The notes under the pieces were generated by a model. It was not told where the DNA came from. It was given only the letters and a program-made list of their open reading frames with translations, and searched no databases. From Rebecca billardiae RCC1528 (Eukaryota > Protista > Haptophyta), in contig OZ251229.1 of assembly GCA_965240325.2 (NCBI GenBank), positions 1,240,001 to 1,304,000 of the forward strand: DNA of 64,000 nucleotides. Direction: 5' to 3'. The position numbers and the translations under genes are program-made. This document shows, piece by piece, positions 1 to 13,714 of this stretch (position 1 is the first letter of the stretch; every line of letters starts with the position of its first letter).

Positions 1-459
1 GGCCAATCGGACAATGTCCTTCCTGCTCGATCGTCCACGACGAGTCGTGTAGAAGCGCAGGACGTGCTGGTCGTGCATGGTGCGCAGCGCGGTGTGCAAG
101 CGCGCGAACGCGCGCTCGGGCGAGTCCTCCGGCAAGAGCTCGTCCTGCGGCTCGGTGCCCGGCTGCCGCTCTCCCTGCCTGCGCGCCGCCGCACGCCGCG
201 CGGACAGACAGCAGCGTCGCCATCACAGCCGGTGGGCAACAGCTGCCGGCTGGGTCGGATGCGGCTGAGCAGTGGAAGCCAGGCGAAGCGTCGTCGCGGG
301 CGAAGCTGCGCTGGGTGATGCAGCTCGGGTCAGTGGGCAAGTCGCACCCCGCCGTCGGTCGCCTCCACGCCCCAGGCTCGCTCGAGGTCGAGTCACCTGC
401 GCGGCGCGGCGTCCGATGGCCGTGTAGTCACGTACAAACAATTCGTCGGCGGGCGTGAC

Positions 460-2670
460 GCCGCGGGCCGGGCGTGGCGGGGTGTACACTTTGGGCCGAA
501 GACGCATGGCAGGGCGGGGCGCGCGGGGTGAGCGAGGCACGAATGCGATGCCGACGGCTGTTGGGACCCGCCGCAGCTGCAGTGCGCGCACCTGCGCTGA
601 GTCGCGCGCACCGGCACGCACTGAGACGAGCCTTTTCGGCTCGATCGCCCTCGGTCGGCGCCGCCAAATAACGCTCACGGGTAAGCGGATTAATCCCACT
701 GCAACAGATAGGATCTGATCCTATGGCATAGGATGAGTTCACCAGAGCGCCAGCGGCTCAGTTCTGCGCATGCGATCATCGGTGTTGCTATATCGTACAC
801 ACAACTCCACCGGCTGTCGACACACACCATCTCCGCCTGCCGCCACTGCCACGGCGGTCGCGCGCGCGCGCGCGCGACCGCGCGCGCGCGCGCGATCCTA
901 TGCCATAGGATCCGCGCCAGGGACGGCTACATAGGATCGGCATGACAGCGTCAGTTGCTCGCCCCTGGCAGCCGAGCGGCGACCCTGGGCACGGACGGCG
1001 CAGGCGAGTGCTCGCACCGGATGCCCGCGCTGCCGCCCGCACCGCCGCCCACGCCGCCAGGCGCGTTGCTGCCCGTGGCACACCATTCTGGGGCGGGGCG
1101 AAGAGAGGGCAACCGCCATCGTGCGTGCGGCCACGGACCTCCCACGATGGTGGCGGCCGTCCTTGTGGACCACTAGCCCACGAATCCAAGAGCGTGCGGG
1201 TCGAGCGTCGCGTAAATCGACTGCGGCACACGCATGGCGTGTCTACAGGTGCGATACCATCCACGCACGCGACATGGCAAGATGTTCCGGCTACCTCCGA
1301 GGCTTGCTCTACATGCGTGCCGATGCTCGATCGCAACCACCTGACGACGCGAGCGACCCCCAGCGGCTTGTGCGCGCAGCCCCGGCGTGACGTACAATGC
1401 CATGCTTGGCGAGGACCAAAACGCATTGTGATTGAACCTCGTACGGCTCCGGTCGAACACAGTGAACCACGATGTGTGAGCATCAAGCTGGGTGTCATCA
1501 CAAGTGCCACATGTTGGTCGGCGTTGCCACCGTGGAGTCGCAAGGCGGCAACGACCGCGACGGCTTCACGCGCTCCATCCGTGGAGCCCAAAACATGCGG
1601 TGGTGGTCGAAAATCACAACAAGCTCGCTCTGGCGGATGGTGGCGACACTGCTACCGACCCCTAGGTGCAGTCGTACCATTCGGCAACATGAGAAAATGT
1701 CGTCTGCTGAGTCGTCCCTGGGGCCATCCTATGCCATAGGATTGAATCCTATGGGATAGGATTAGGATCGCAGTGGGATATCCGTAAGATGCCCTCATTT
1801 GGTCATATCGTCACTTCTTCGGCCACGCCCGCACGGGGCGCATATTCTGGTCGAAGCGAACCGCCGTTTTTGTAATTTTGACGTATCTCAGAAATGGTAC
1901 GGCGAAACGGTGCGAAAACGCGTGCCTAGGCGTTTTTGATTAGGGAAAGATCTGGCAGGGTTCATTTCGCGGGTACCAATAGACAAACGAGCCGCGATGA
2001 CGAACGTCGTGCCATAATACTGTTGATACTGAAACGTTGTTTTTGAAGTGTGGTTCTCTTCAGAGGAGAAGGATAATAGGAGACGATACTTTACTCCTTG
2101 AATTGGAATCAGCCGCGGGCCGGGCGTGGCGGGGTGTACACTTTGGGCCGAAGACGCATGGCAGGGCGGGGCGCGCGGGGTGAGCGAGGCACGAATGCGA
2201 TGCCGACGGCTGTTGGGACCCGCCGCAGCTGCAGTGCGCGCACCTGCGCTGAGTCGCGCGCACCGGCACGCACTGAGACGAGCCTTTTCGGCTCGATCGC
2301 CCTCGGTCGGCGTGCCGGCGCCGCCAAATAACGCTCACGGGTAAGATGCCCTCATTTGGTCATATCGTCACTTCTTCGGCCACGCCCGCACGGGGCGCAT
2401 ATTCTGGTCGAAGCGAACCGCCGTTTTTGTAATTTTGACGTATCTCAGAAATGGTACGGCGAAACGGTGCGAAAACGCGTGCCTAGGCGTTTTTGATTAG
2501 GGAAAGATCTGGCAGGGTTCATTTCGCGGGTACCAATAGACAAACGAGCCGCGATGACGAACGTCGTGCCATAATACTGTTGATACTGAAACGTTGTTTT
2601 TGAAGTGTGGTTCTCTTCAGAGGAGAAGGATAATAGGAGACGATACTTTACTCCTTGAATTGGAATCAGC
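460..2670. repeat. Tandem duplication of a ~557-bp unit; first copy (460-685 + 1785-2113) interrupted by a TIR element, second copy 2112-2670 intact
   Basis: 460-685 matches 2112-2345 with one 8-bp indel; 1785-2113 matches 2342-2670; GC microhomology at the junction. Confidence 0.9.
686..1784. mobile_element. Non-autonomous TIR DNA transposon (~1.1 kb) with 4-bp TSD TAAG
   Basis: Ends CGGATTAATCCCACTGC / GCAGTGGGATATCCG form an imperfect TIR. TAAG flanks both sides (682-685, 1785-1788) and the empty site CACGGG-TAAG-ATGCC is at 2336-2350. ATCCTATG(G/C)CATAGGAT palindromes occur near 718, 895 and 1726. Confidence 0.85.
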
Positions 2671-2679
2671 AAACCAAAC

Positions 2680-2978
2680 GTGTATATCAGCAGGAGAATC
2701 ACGAACGGCCCACCATAATTATCAGAAAGATGCAGACGCCTTTGTCCTATTCGAGTTCGATTTCTTCTATTACTTACTATCCAAAGCTTAAGGGGCAGTA
2801 CAAACGCAATCATGTAAGTCAGCGAAATGGGGTCTCTATGCTGCGGTTTCACACCTAAATCCACCTACAAAAATCCCCCAAATCCTGCGCGCATCCTCTT
2901 TTTTGATTTTGCGGAGCACGTGCGCCGCCCCCCCCGGCTTTCGCTCACGCGCAGACCTTTCGGGGGGGCCGTGCGCCA
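2680..2978 (-). mobile_element. 5' end of a family-Y element (copy Y-a); 3' end not identified
   Basis: Minus strand starts TGGCGCACGGCCCCCCCGAAAGG; homologous to 5090-5323 and, inverted, to 12239-12460. Confidence 0.7.
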
Positions 2979-3080
2979 TGATCGGCTACGCCGATCTTCG
3001 GGTAGTAAACAACGAAGTTGAGGGCGCACGGCCCTACGACCAGTGGTAGTTGTCGCAGTTGTCGAGCGTTCTTCACCGAA

Positions 3081-4014
3081 TCACGATGCGCGCGCCCGGC
3101 GCGTCGCCGTGCAGGAGACGCGGGCGCAAGTAGCCGCTCCTTGCACGCCCTCGGCGTCTTCCCCTCCGAATGCGGGCCACGCGCGATGCGAGGTCGTCGA
3201 GAGCGCGCTGTCCGCCCACTGCAGCGCCAGCTCACGCGTGGACAGCGGCACGGGCCGCGGCCGCGGGCCGCCTGGGCGCACCGGCGCGCGCTCTCGACGT
3301 GCGCGCCGGGCACGATCAATCACGCCCGCCTCGAAGAGCCCGCCGATCACGCGCAAGATGAGCTCGCTCTCGTTCCGCGCCGCCGCCGCCGCCGCACCCG
3401 CCGCGCCCGCCGCGCGAGCGGAGCGCAACCCTCGGCCGGCGGTCGGCGCGGCGCCCGCGCCCGCGCCCGCGCCGGGCGCCGGCGCGCACGTCTCACAGAG
3501 CAGGGTGTGGCGATCGCGCTGGGCCGGGGCGCGGCGGCGGGCGTGAGTGCGGAGAGCAGCGTGACTCGGAAGCACGGCTGCGAGTCGTCCGGCAGGTGCG
3601 GGCGCGGCGGCGGGCGTGAGTGCGGAGAGCAGCGCGACTCGGAAGCACGGCTGCGAGTCGTCCGCCAGGTGCAGCACGTGCGCGCCGTCGCGCAGCGCGC
3701 CGCCCAGCCTCCCGCGCACGCCGAGCCCCAGCATGTGCGAGTGCCGCAGGTGCGGCCGCGCGCGCTCGCGCGCCGCGTCGAGCGCGCGCGCCGCCGCGCG
3801 GCGCCGCCGCGCGGCGCGACAGAGTCAAGAAGCGTGTCTCGAGCGGCGCGGTAGAGAGCAGCGCGGAGTAGCGCACGCGGCCGCGCTCGCCACCCTCAAG
3901 CACCGCCTCGTGCTCGTGCGCCCGCGAACAAGCGGCTCGCCCGCCGTCCTTGCCGGAGCCCGACGTGATGACGACGCGGCTGAGCCGAGCGAGCGCGGGC
4001 GCGCCCGCGCGCAC
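3081..4014 (-). pseudogene. GC-rich gene-like fragment inside Y-b (unknown protein)
   Basis: Host-like GC-rich coding-style sequence (e.g. NESELILRVIGGLFEAGVIDR) split across frames, with a ~70-bp internal tandem duplication at ~3530-3672. Confidence 0.3.
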
Positions 4015-4551
4015 GTGAGAGAGAAATTATCGTCAGCCTTCCGTGTGCCCGCCTGTGCGCGCTCGCGGTCGGCCGTGGCGGCCAAACATGCAGAGCGAGC
4101 GGCAGTCGCGGGCCGCGCCGCAGCGGCCCCGAGCCACGAACCTGGCGGGTATTTTTCCAGCACCTCGTCCTAAGTGGGGAGCTCAAAAAACGCCGTTTCG
4201 CTTCAAAGAATGATCAAACTCAAAGATACCAGCTGGCACCCTACCTGTACGGGCGTTGGAAGCCGATCTTACCTGTGCAATCACAAGAATGCATTGCCAC
4301 CCGCATTGACGTCGTATCAGTAGATGACCAAAAGTATATCAGCAGGAGTAGCTCGATAGCCGTATGATACCAGGGCGCGCGGGAACGTCGATTCAGGCTA
4401 CCCGCGCAATAACATCTCGCGTCGCTTTGATGAATCTGAGGAGTGAACAGCTATCCGGAAAATTAGTTCGATATCTCACCTTCTTTATCATCAGTTCAAC
4501 GCACGACACGAATCTTGACTATCAGAAAGGTAGCTAGATGTCTTTGTCCTA

Positions 4552-5088
4552 AGGGGTTAAGCCACGCTATAACTGTCAGGCAGCCGCCATCGTGCGGCGA
4601 CGTGCCCACGGCCGACGTGCGCGAATTTGTGCGACGGCGGCAGCGACGAGGTCGCGGTCCCCGGCCGCTCCGACGCGCTCTTGACTTCCGCGTGGGACGT
4701 GCGGAGGTCAAGAACCCATCCTACTCGTCGCCGGTGCCAGCCTCGCCGCTAGCGGCGTCGCACAAATTTGATGATTGGTACCTTGGGCATGGCCCGCGGC
4801 CCGCATGCCAGGTCCGCGCGGCGCTCTGTGGGCAAGCGAGCCAAGGGGCGCAGCGAGTCCGGTGCGGCTGTCGTACGGGTCGAGCGCGAGCGCCGAGTCG
4901 CAGCCGCGCGGGCGCCGCGCCGCTGGCGCCGGGTCGCCCGGGGGAGAAGGCGCAGCTGCAGTGCTCCTCTGCCATATCACGCGATCCGCCGGCAGAAAGA
5001 CCAGACTTTGCGCCCAGTTTTGACCAAAACGATGGGTTTTTAACTCCGCGCGATCTGGGTAACCTGACAGTTATAGTGGCTCGGCCCT
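4552..5088. mobile_element. MITE with 3-bp TSD CTA (PIF/Harbinger-Tourist-like), nested in Y-b
   Basis: Imperfect TIRs AGGGGTTAAGCCACGCTATAACTGTCAGG / CCTGACAGTTATAGTGGCTCGGCCCT; CTA at 4549-4551 and 5089-5091; empty site TTTGTC-CTA-TTCGA in Y-a at 2741-2754. Confidence 0.8.
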
Positions 5089-5612
5089 CTATTTGATTTC
5101 GATTTCTTCTATTACTTACTATCCAAGGATTAAGGGGCAGTACAAACGCAATCCTGAGCAGCGATATGGACTCAAATGAATGCGTTGTTCACTCACCTAA
5201 ATCCACCTACAAAAATCCCTCAAATCATGCGCGCCTCGTCTTTTTTGATTTTGCGGAGCACGTGCGCCGCCCCCCCCCGGCTTTCGCTCACGCTCAGACC
5301 TTTCGGGGGGGGGGCGTGCGCCATGACGTCGACGTGCGAACGATACCAATTACAATCATCGTCGACGTCGTACTCTGGTTGAGGATCACACTCCCAATCA
5401 TCAAAATATTCAAAGGGACGGCCTATTAGTGGCGACGAGGCCTATATTATATATAGGCTATATTATTCTTACTGTACTGGTCACATGAATGACAGTCTAC
5501 CCACACTGGGTTACCCACAATTACCCAGTGACAGTCTGGCACTTTGGAGCCGGCGCGGCGGGCCCGGCCGAACAGTACGACGACTCACTCTAAAACTGCT
5601 AGTCAGCTACTA

Positions 5613-7901
<2,289 letters not shown>

Positions 7902-8659
7902 CCATCCAGCAGCACGGCTGCCGTCGGCCCAGTCGGACTGACGACGGCTGCGCGGCCTGTCTGTACCGTGCCAGTGAGTGTACGTACCTCATTCCCAAGC
8001 ATAAGCTGCAGATTGAATCACATATCTGCGCGCCGCGCGAGGGCACCTGTCCTTCAGCACTGGCTGCTACATCAATGACAGACAATGTGACAATGATGCG
8101 TAGTCGTTTGATTATAACGTCCGACGAAGAGTTATATTTTATATATATATATATCTATATATATAGTACTGAATACAGAATAACCGCGCGAGTACTACTA
8201 ACATACGTAGTCGCAGCATGAGTGCTGACTGCTGGTCGCTCCCATCGGCGCCCCCGCAAGGCCGAGGTCCTGCGGATCTCGGTGATCGGACGCGTACAGG
8301 CTTCGCGACACTGAGTCGTGCCAGTCCTAAGTAGCTCGCTCCGATGAGCCGGAGACTATAATTATTATGACTCTGCCACTGACAGTCTGCCACTGCAGTC
8401 TGTCACTCACTGTCATCAGAGCATTACGGATGAGAGCAGTAACCGTATAGCTCAGTGTCACCGCCTCCTCACACGGACCTCACTTCCGCAGACGGCTGAT
8501 TGAGTCATGATTGTGAGACCGGACGGATCCGGACGACTACTACAGCCGCATCGATCAGCATCGGCGGACGAATTAATCATCGTCGGAGGATGACATCAGA
8601 TCGGATGCCATCACAGTCCAATGGTCAGACGACTTACCTCGTCGTCGGTGTCTGTGCCA

Positions 8660-10258
8660 TCACCGACACCGTCTGGCGGCATCGGGCATTCGGCAATCCG
8701 CCCCGTTGCCTCTCTCGAGTCTCCCGACCAGCGGCGGCGGCAGGGGCAGCTGCGTGGCGGCATCCGAGACCGTGGCAATGCTGCTGGTGTGCATGTGCTG
8801 TCGCTTCGCTGCACGCGTGCCCTGGTCGCCCGTGCCATGCTCCAGCCTGCGCTTGGGGAGGGCGAGCCGAGTGTTAACCATGCCGGCCAGCTTGTGCGCA
8901 GCGCACCGGCTGGCGCGCGCGTCGCCCGGCATGCCGAACAAAGGCTGCTTGGTGCAGTCCACGTGATCACACTTGCGGTGCTTCATGCCGACCATGCCGG
9001 CCAGCTTGTGCGTAGCGCACCGGCTGGCGCGCGCGTCGCCCGGCATGCCGAAGGAAGGCTGCTTGGTGCAGCCCGCGTGATCACACTTGGGGCTCCTCAC
9101 GTCGACCATGCCGGCCAGCTTGTGCATGGCGCATCGGCTGGCGCGCGCGTCGCCCGGAATGCCGAAGTTCGGATACTTGGTGCAGCCCGCGTGATCACAC
9201 TTGGTGCGCCTCATCACGTTGACCATGCCGGACAGCTTGTGCGTAGCGCACCGGCTGGCGCGCGCGTCGCCCGGCATGCGGAACGACGGCACCTTGGTGC
9301 AGTTGGTGTGATCACACCTGCGGGTCACCACATTCACCATGCCGGCCAGCTTGTGCGCAGCGCACCGGCTGGCGCGCGCGTCGCCCGGCATGCCGAGCGA
9401 AGGATGCTTGGTGCAGCCCGCGTGATCACACTTGCTGTGCTTCAGGCCGCCCATGCCGGCCAGCTTGTGCGCAGCGCACCGGCTGGCGCGCGCGTCGCCC
9501 GGCATGCGGAACGACGGCACCTTGGTGCAGTTGGTGTGATCACACCTGTGGGTCACCACATTCACCATGCCGGCCAGCTTGCGCGTAGCGCACCGGCTGG
9601 CGCGCGCGTCGCCCGGCATGCCGAGTGAAGGATGTGTGGTGCAGCCCGCGTGACCACACATCGCGGGGCTCACCACGTTGGCCATGCCGGCCAGCTTGTG
9701 CGCAGCGCACCGGCTGGCGCGCGCGTCGCCCGGCATGCCGAACGAAGGCCGCGTGGTGCAGCTGGTGTGATCACACTTGGGGCTCTTCAGATCGACCATG
9801 CCGACCAGCTTGTGCGCAGCGCACCAGCTGGCACGCGCGTCGCCCGGCATGCCGAACAAAGGCCGCTTGGTGCAGCCCGCGTGATCACACTTGCGGTTCT
9901 TCACGTCGACCATGCCGGCCAGCTTGTGCGCAGCGCACCGGCTGGCGCGCGCGTCGCCCGGCATGCCGAACGAAGGCCGCGTGGTGCAGCTGGTGTGATC
10001 ACACTTGCGGCTCTTCAGGTCGACCATGCCGACCAGCTTGTGCGCAGCGCACCAGCTGGCACGCGCGTCGCCCGGCATGCCGAACGCAGGCCACGTGGTG
10101 CAGCCCGCGTGATCACACCTGCGGTTCTTCACGTCGACCATGCCGGCCAGCTTGTGCGCAGCGCACCGGCTGGCGTGCGCGTCGCCCGGCATGCCGAAGC
10201 AAAGCTGCTTGGTGCAGCCGGTGTGATCACACTTGCGCAGCCTACTCACGTTGACCAT
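8660..10258 (-). CDS. EsV-1-7 cysteine-rich repeat protein, copy 1 (12 full repeats plus upstream half repeat)
   Basis: Tandem 38-39 aa units MVDVKxRKCDHxxCTKxPxFGMPGDARASRCAAHKLAG match the EsV-1-7 C-x4-C-x16-C-x2-H motif. C-terminus is frameshifted relative to copy 2 by a 7-bp insertion at ~8683-8689. Confidence 0.85.
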   Translation of the reverse strand: MVNVSRLRKCDHTGCTKQLCFGMPGDAHASRCAAHKLAGMVDVKNRRCDHAGCTTWPAFGMPGDARASWCAAHKLVGMVDLKSRKCDHTSCTTRPSFGMPGDARASRCAAHKLAGMVDVKNRKCDHAGCTKRPLFGMPGDARASWCAAHKLVGMVDLKSPKCDHTSCTTRPSFGMPGDARASRCAAHKLAGMANVVSPAMCGHAGCTTHPSLGMPGDARASRCATRKLAGMVNVVTHRCDHTNCTKVPSFRMPGDARASRCAAHKLAGMGGLKHSKCDHAGCTKHPSLGMPGDARASRCAAHKLAGMVNVVTRRCDHTNCTKVPSFRMPGDARASRCATHKLSGMVNVMRRTKCDHAGCTKYPNFGIPGDARASRCAMHKLAGMVDVRSPKCDHAGCTKQPSFGMPGDARASRCATHKLAGMVGMKHRKCDHVDCTKQPLFGMPGDARASRCAAHKLAGMVNTRLALPKRRLEHGTGDQGTRAAKRQHMHTSSIATVSDAATQLPLPPPLVGRLERGNGADCRMPDAARRCR

Positions 10259-10509
10259 GCCGGCCAGCTCGTGCGCAGCGCACCGGCTGACGCGCGCGTC
10301 GCCCCGCAGCGTAACCCCCGCGGGGAGAGCTTGCCACTCCAGTGGATTGGGACGTGTGACCGCGATTCGTCCAGATTCCGGGGGTAATTAGCCGCCCTGC
10401 CCAGCCCGAACGAGTGCGCAGCTTCGTCGGAGCGGAATTGTATGCCTGCCGCGGTGCCGAGGCGGGACCAGGACGGCGGCGGTGGCGCTGAGCCGCGTTC
10501 GTTTTGTCC

Positions 10510-11179
10510 AGCTCCTTCATCCTCGTGCCGAAGCACCGGCTCCTCTTCTGCAAGATCGACCAGGCCGCGAGCCAGAACTTCGTGCAGCTCTTCCGCGCGG
10601 TCCGCACGCCGCACGACTGACCGGCGCTGCGCAAGCAGCTGTCTGTACAGAACACCACCACGCTGCGCTACTTATTCGGGCTGGGCGTGGAGGACGCCAC
10701 GGCGCGGCTGGCCGATCCGACGTGGCACGCCGCCGTCTTCTACAGAGAGCCGCTCGAGCGCTTCGCCTCGGCGTACGCGTCCAAGTGCACCGCGGGCCGT
10801 GACTGGTGGACGGCGCGCGCCATTGCTCGGAGGCAGCATTCGGCGTTGCGCGCCCCAGCTTCGACGAGGCGGCGGCAGCGCTCGGGCGAGGGCGCGTGCG
10901 CAACCGGTACTGGCTGCGGCAGTCTGAGCACTGCGGCGGGCTCAACGCCACCCTCGGCGCGTACAAGACGATCGAGCGCCTCGAGCCGACGCGCGCGCGC
11001 GCGGCTGTCGAGCGGCTAGCGCATGCTGCGCGCGGTCGGGGCGGACGTGCGCGCGCTGGCGCCCGAGCTGGACAAGCTGTTCCCCGACGAGCACGCGGGC
11101 GCGGCGGTGCTGCGGAGCGTCGAGCCGGGCGACGGCGCGCCGCGCAAGTGGCCGGCGCCTCAGCTCGCGGACGGGTGGC
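10510..11179 (+). pseudogene. Degenerate carbohydrate sulfotransferase (Sulfotransfer_2-like) fragment, copy 1
   Basis: SFILVPKHRLLFCKIDQAASQNF resembles the 5'-PAPS motif and VFYREPLERFASAYASKC the 3'-PAPS motif; in-frame TGA at 10618-10620 and frameshifts. Confidence 0.65.
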
Positions 11180-11990
11180 CTTCTTCCTGCTGCGCACGCC
11201 CTTCGGCGCGGTGCGCATGATGATGCCGGCGTTCATCTTCGTGGTCGCCATGTACTGCTACGTGCTGGGCGAGCTGTGGACCGCTCCGTATGAGGCGCTC
11301 GGGCGCGGACTCGTCGAGTGGTGGATCATGACGCACATCTACGTGCTCAACCGCTTCACCTTCTCCATCCTCGCCAACCTCAACATTCTCGCGGGCGCGC
11401 GCTACTCGGTGTCCATCCTGCTCGGCTCGGCCGTGTGCATGCCGGCGTCGCTCGGCTCGACGAGCATGTGCTTCCTCTTCGCAGCGATCATGGTCTTCAA
11501 CGTCGTGTTCGTGCTCACGATGGACCCGGATCACCACCTTCCAGACGGCGAGATCTACTCGGCAGGGGGCGAGGGCGTGAGCGCCAAGGTCAAGAAGCAC
11601 TTTGTGCGCCCTGAGGGCGTGGTGCGCACTGGGACGCTGCGCACGCTCGAGAAGACGATGAAGCTGACGGGCAGGGACGTCGCCAACCACGTCTTTCACA
11701 GGCTCGATGTCGACCATGGCGGCACGATCGACATCCGCGAGATCGGCGCGCTGCTCACTGCATGGGGTCTGCCGTCTTACGTCGCCGAGGAGGTGATGCG
11801 CGAGCGCGACGTGAACCAGGACGGCCGCATCAACGAGGAAGAGTTCTTCGCCAACTTCCGCGACGTCTGGGAGTTTGCGGCGTCCATCGCTCTCCAGGAT
11901 GCCTCTGGCGTTCACGGGACCAGCGGGCCGAAGAGGGGGAGGCTGGTCTCGATCGACACCGCGGGGAAGCTTCACGTCGGCATGGCGTAG
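11180..11990 (+). CDS. C-terminal part of a multi-pass membrane protein with two EF-hands (probably a gene fragment)
   Basis: Hydrophobic segments, then loops DVDHGGTIDIRE and DVNQDGRINEEE; joined abruptly to the sulfotransferase fragment at 11179/11180. Confidence 0.6.
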
Positions 11991-13714
11991 CCATCCAGCA
12001 GCACGGCTGCCGTCGGCCCGGTCGGACTGACGACGGCTGCGCGGCCTGTCTGTACCGTGGCCGTGCCAGTGAGTGTACGTACCTCATTCCCAAGCATAAG
12101 CTGCAGATTGAATCACATATCTGCGCGCCGCGCGAGGGCACCTGTCCTTCAGCACTGGCTGCTACATCAATGACAGACAATGTGACTGATGCGTAGTCGT
12201 TTGATTTATTAAGAAGTTTGATTACTTCCGAAGAGTTATGGCGCACGGCCCCCCCGAAAGGTCTGAGCGTGAGGCGGGCTCACCGTGAGCGAAAGCCGGG
12301 GGGGGCGGCGCACGTGCTCCGCAAAATCAAAAAAGATAATGGCGTGCGTGATGCTGGTGGGGATTTTGTACTTGTAGCAGGGGGAGCCGGAGAGCTGCTA
12401 GTGAATGGCATTCAACCCCCTTGATTGATGACGCTGCTTGATTGCGTTCGTACTATCCGATTCCCCTGCTCGTATTAATGGCCCGCGGTGCAGGGCGGAG
12501 CGCGCAGCGTGGAGCCCGCACCAGCGGGCCCGAACCACGTTTCAAAAAGATCTTTGATCAAGAAAAAGGGACGCGGGGGCCGATTTTTAGGGCTGGCGGA
12601 GACCGAGTTTCGAATTTTGAGACCCTCTCTACAGATGCATCACGGAGAAAAAAACCGCGCCCACGACATTCCCCTAATCAATCGTGGACCCGGTACCGGG
12701 GACAAGAAGGGGTTCGGCGGAGGGGGCAGCGTTCCTATTGTCGGGGACAATCTCAGACTGGGGGTTCGATCTCGACGAGGGGGTTCAACCCGGTCGGGGT
12801 TCGAGGGGTTCAAAGTCCGGAAGAGTCCGAATAACCAGGTGGCGTAGTGATTTTGAATCGACGACTGCGGTTTGGAGTTTGAATTCAGCCGAGAACAGAG
12901 CGCCCGCGACGGCCCCACCCCTCGGTCGGCGACCTCCGCACGCGCGCGCGGCGCCCCCAACCGCCGCCGGCGCTCGCCCTCGCCTGCCTCCGCCCGTCGG
13001 TGCGGCACGCCGCCAAGCTGAGCACGCCGCGCCCTCCGATACACGTCATGCGGGCCTGCCCTTCTTCCTGCCCTTCTCCTGCTCTTCCTGCTGGCACGCC
13101 GACGGTTCCGACGGCGACGCGTGTCCAGCACAACCGCACGCGGCAGTGCTCGGCGCGCACATCCCAAGGCGCGTCGACCGCTTCTTTCTGCATGGCAGTC
13201 TACTTGCCATCTGCATCATCCTCGCCTCGGCTGAGCGCGCCCCGCCGACGGGCGGCGCCGTGGCTCGGCGCGCCGCGCCGCGCCGCGCCGCGCCGCGCCG
13301 CGCCGCGCCGAGCAGCTCGGCTTGCCGCCGGGCGGCGGTGCCGGGCTCGGCGGAGAGCGGGCGTCGGCGGAGATCGGTGTGCACGACCTGAAGTGCATCG
13401 GCTCGTTCTTTCTGCGCGGCCGCGCAGCCACTACCGTCATCGGACTCGACTTGGTCAAGCGCGCCGCGCGCGCGCAAGCGGCTTTGCGTCTGTGATCGCA
13501 CGCGCAGCACTACCGCTGTGGCAGACTCGGCGGCGTCGGAGGCGATCGATCGGCGTGCTCCGCCGGCGGTGCATCGCCCGCATCTTTCGGCGCCCCGCTC
13601 CTCTCGGCGCGGCGCAGTACTCGCCCCCGGCTGCCGACTCGGCCCAGCACGCCGCGCGCACGGCCGGCGCCGCACCGCGGCGCGCCGTGCCGCGCGGCCA
13701 AGCTTGCGCGCCGC

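Larger units (their letters stand above)
2979..5323 (-). mobile_element. Family-Y Helitron2/Helentron-like non-autonomous element (copy Y-b)
   Basis: 5' TGGCGCAC at 5323. The 3' end has the subterminal IR at 3023-3034, a 26-nt spacer, hairpin GATCGGC-GTA-GCCGATC (2980-2996) and terminal A. A|T flanks; abuts Y-a head-to-tail. Confidence 0.75.

Noticed and set aside
8878-10305. CRISPR-like alternation of constant and variable DNA blocks
   Set aside because: Units are multiples of 3, open in one frame, and the variable parts are homologous to each other. This is a protein repeat in a eukaryote with no cas genes.
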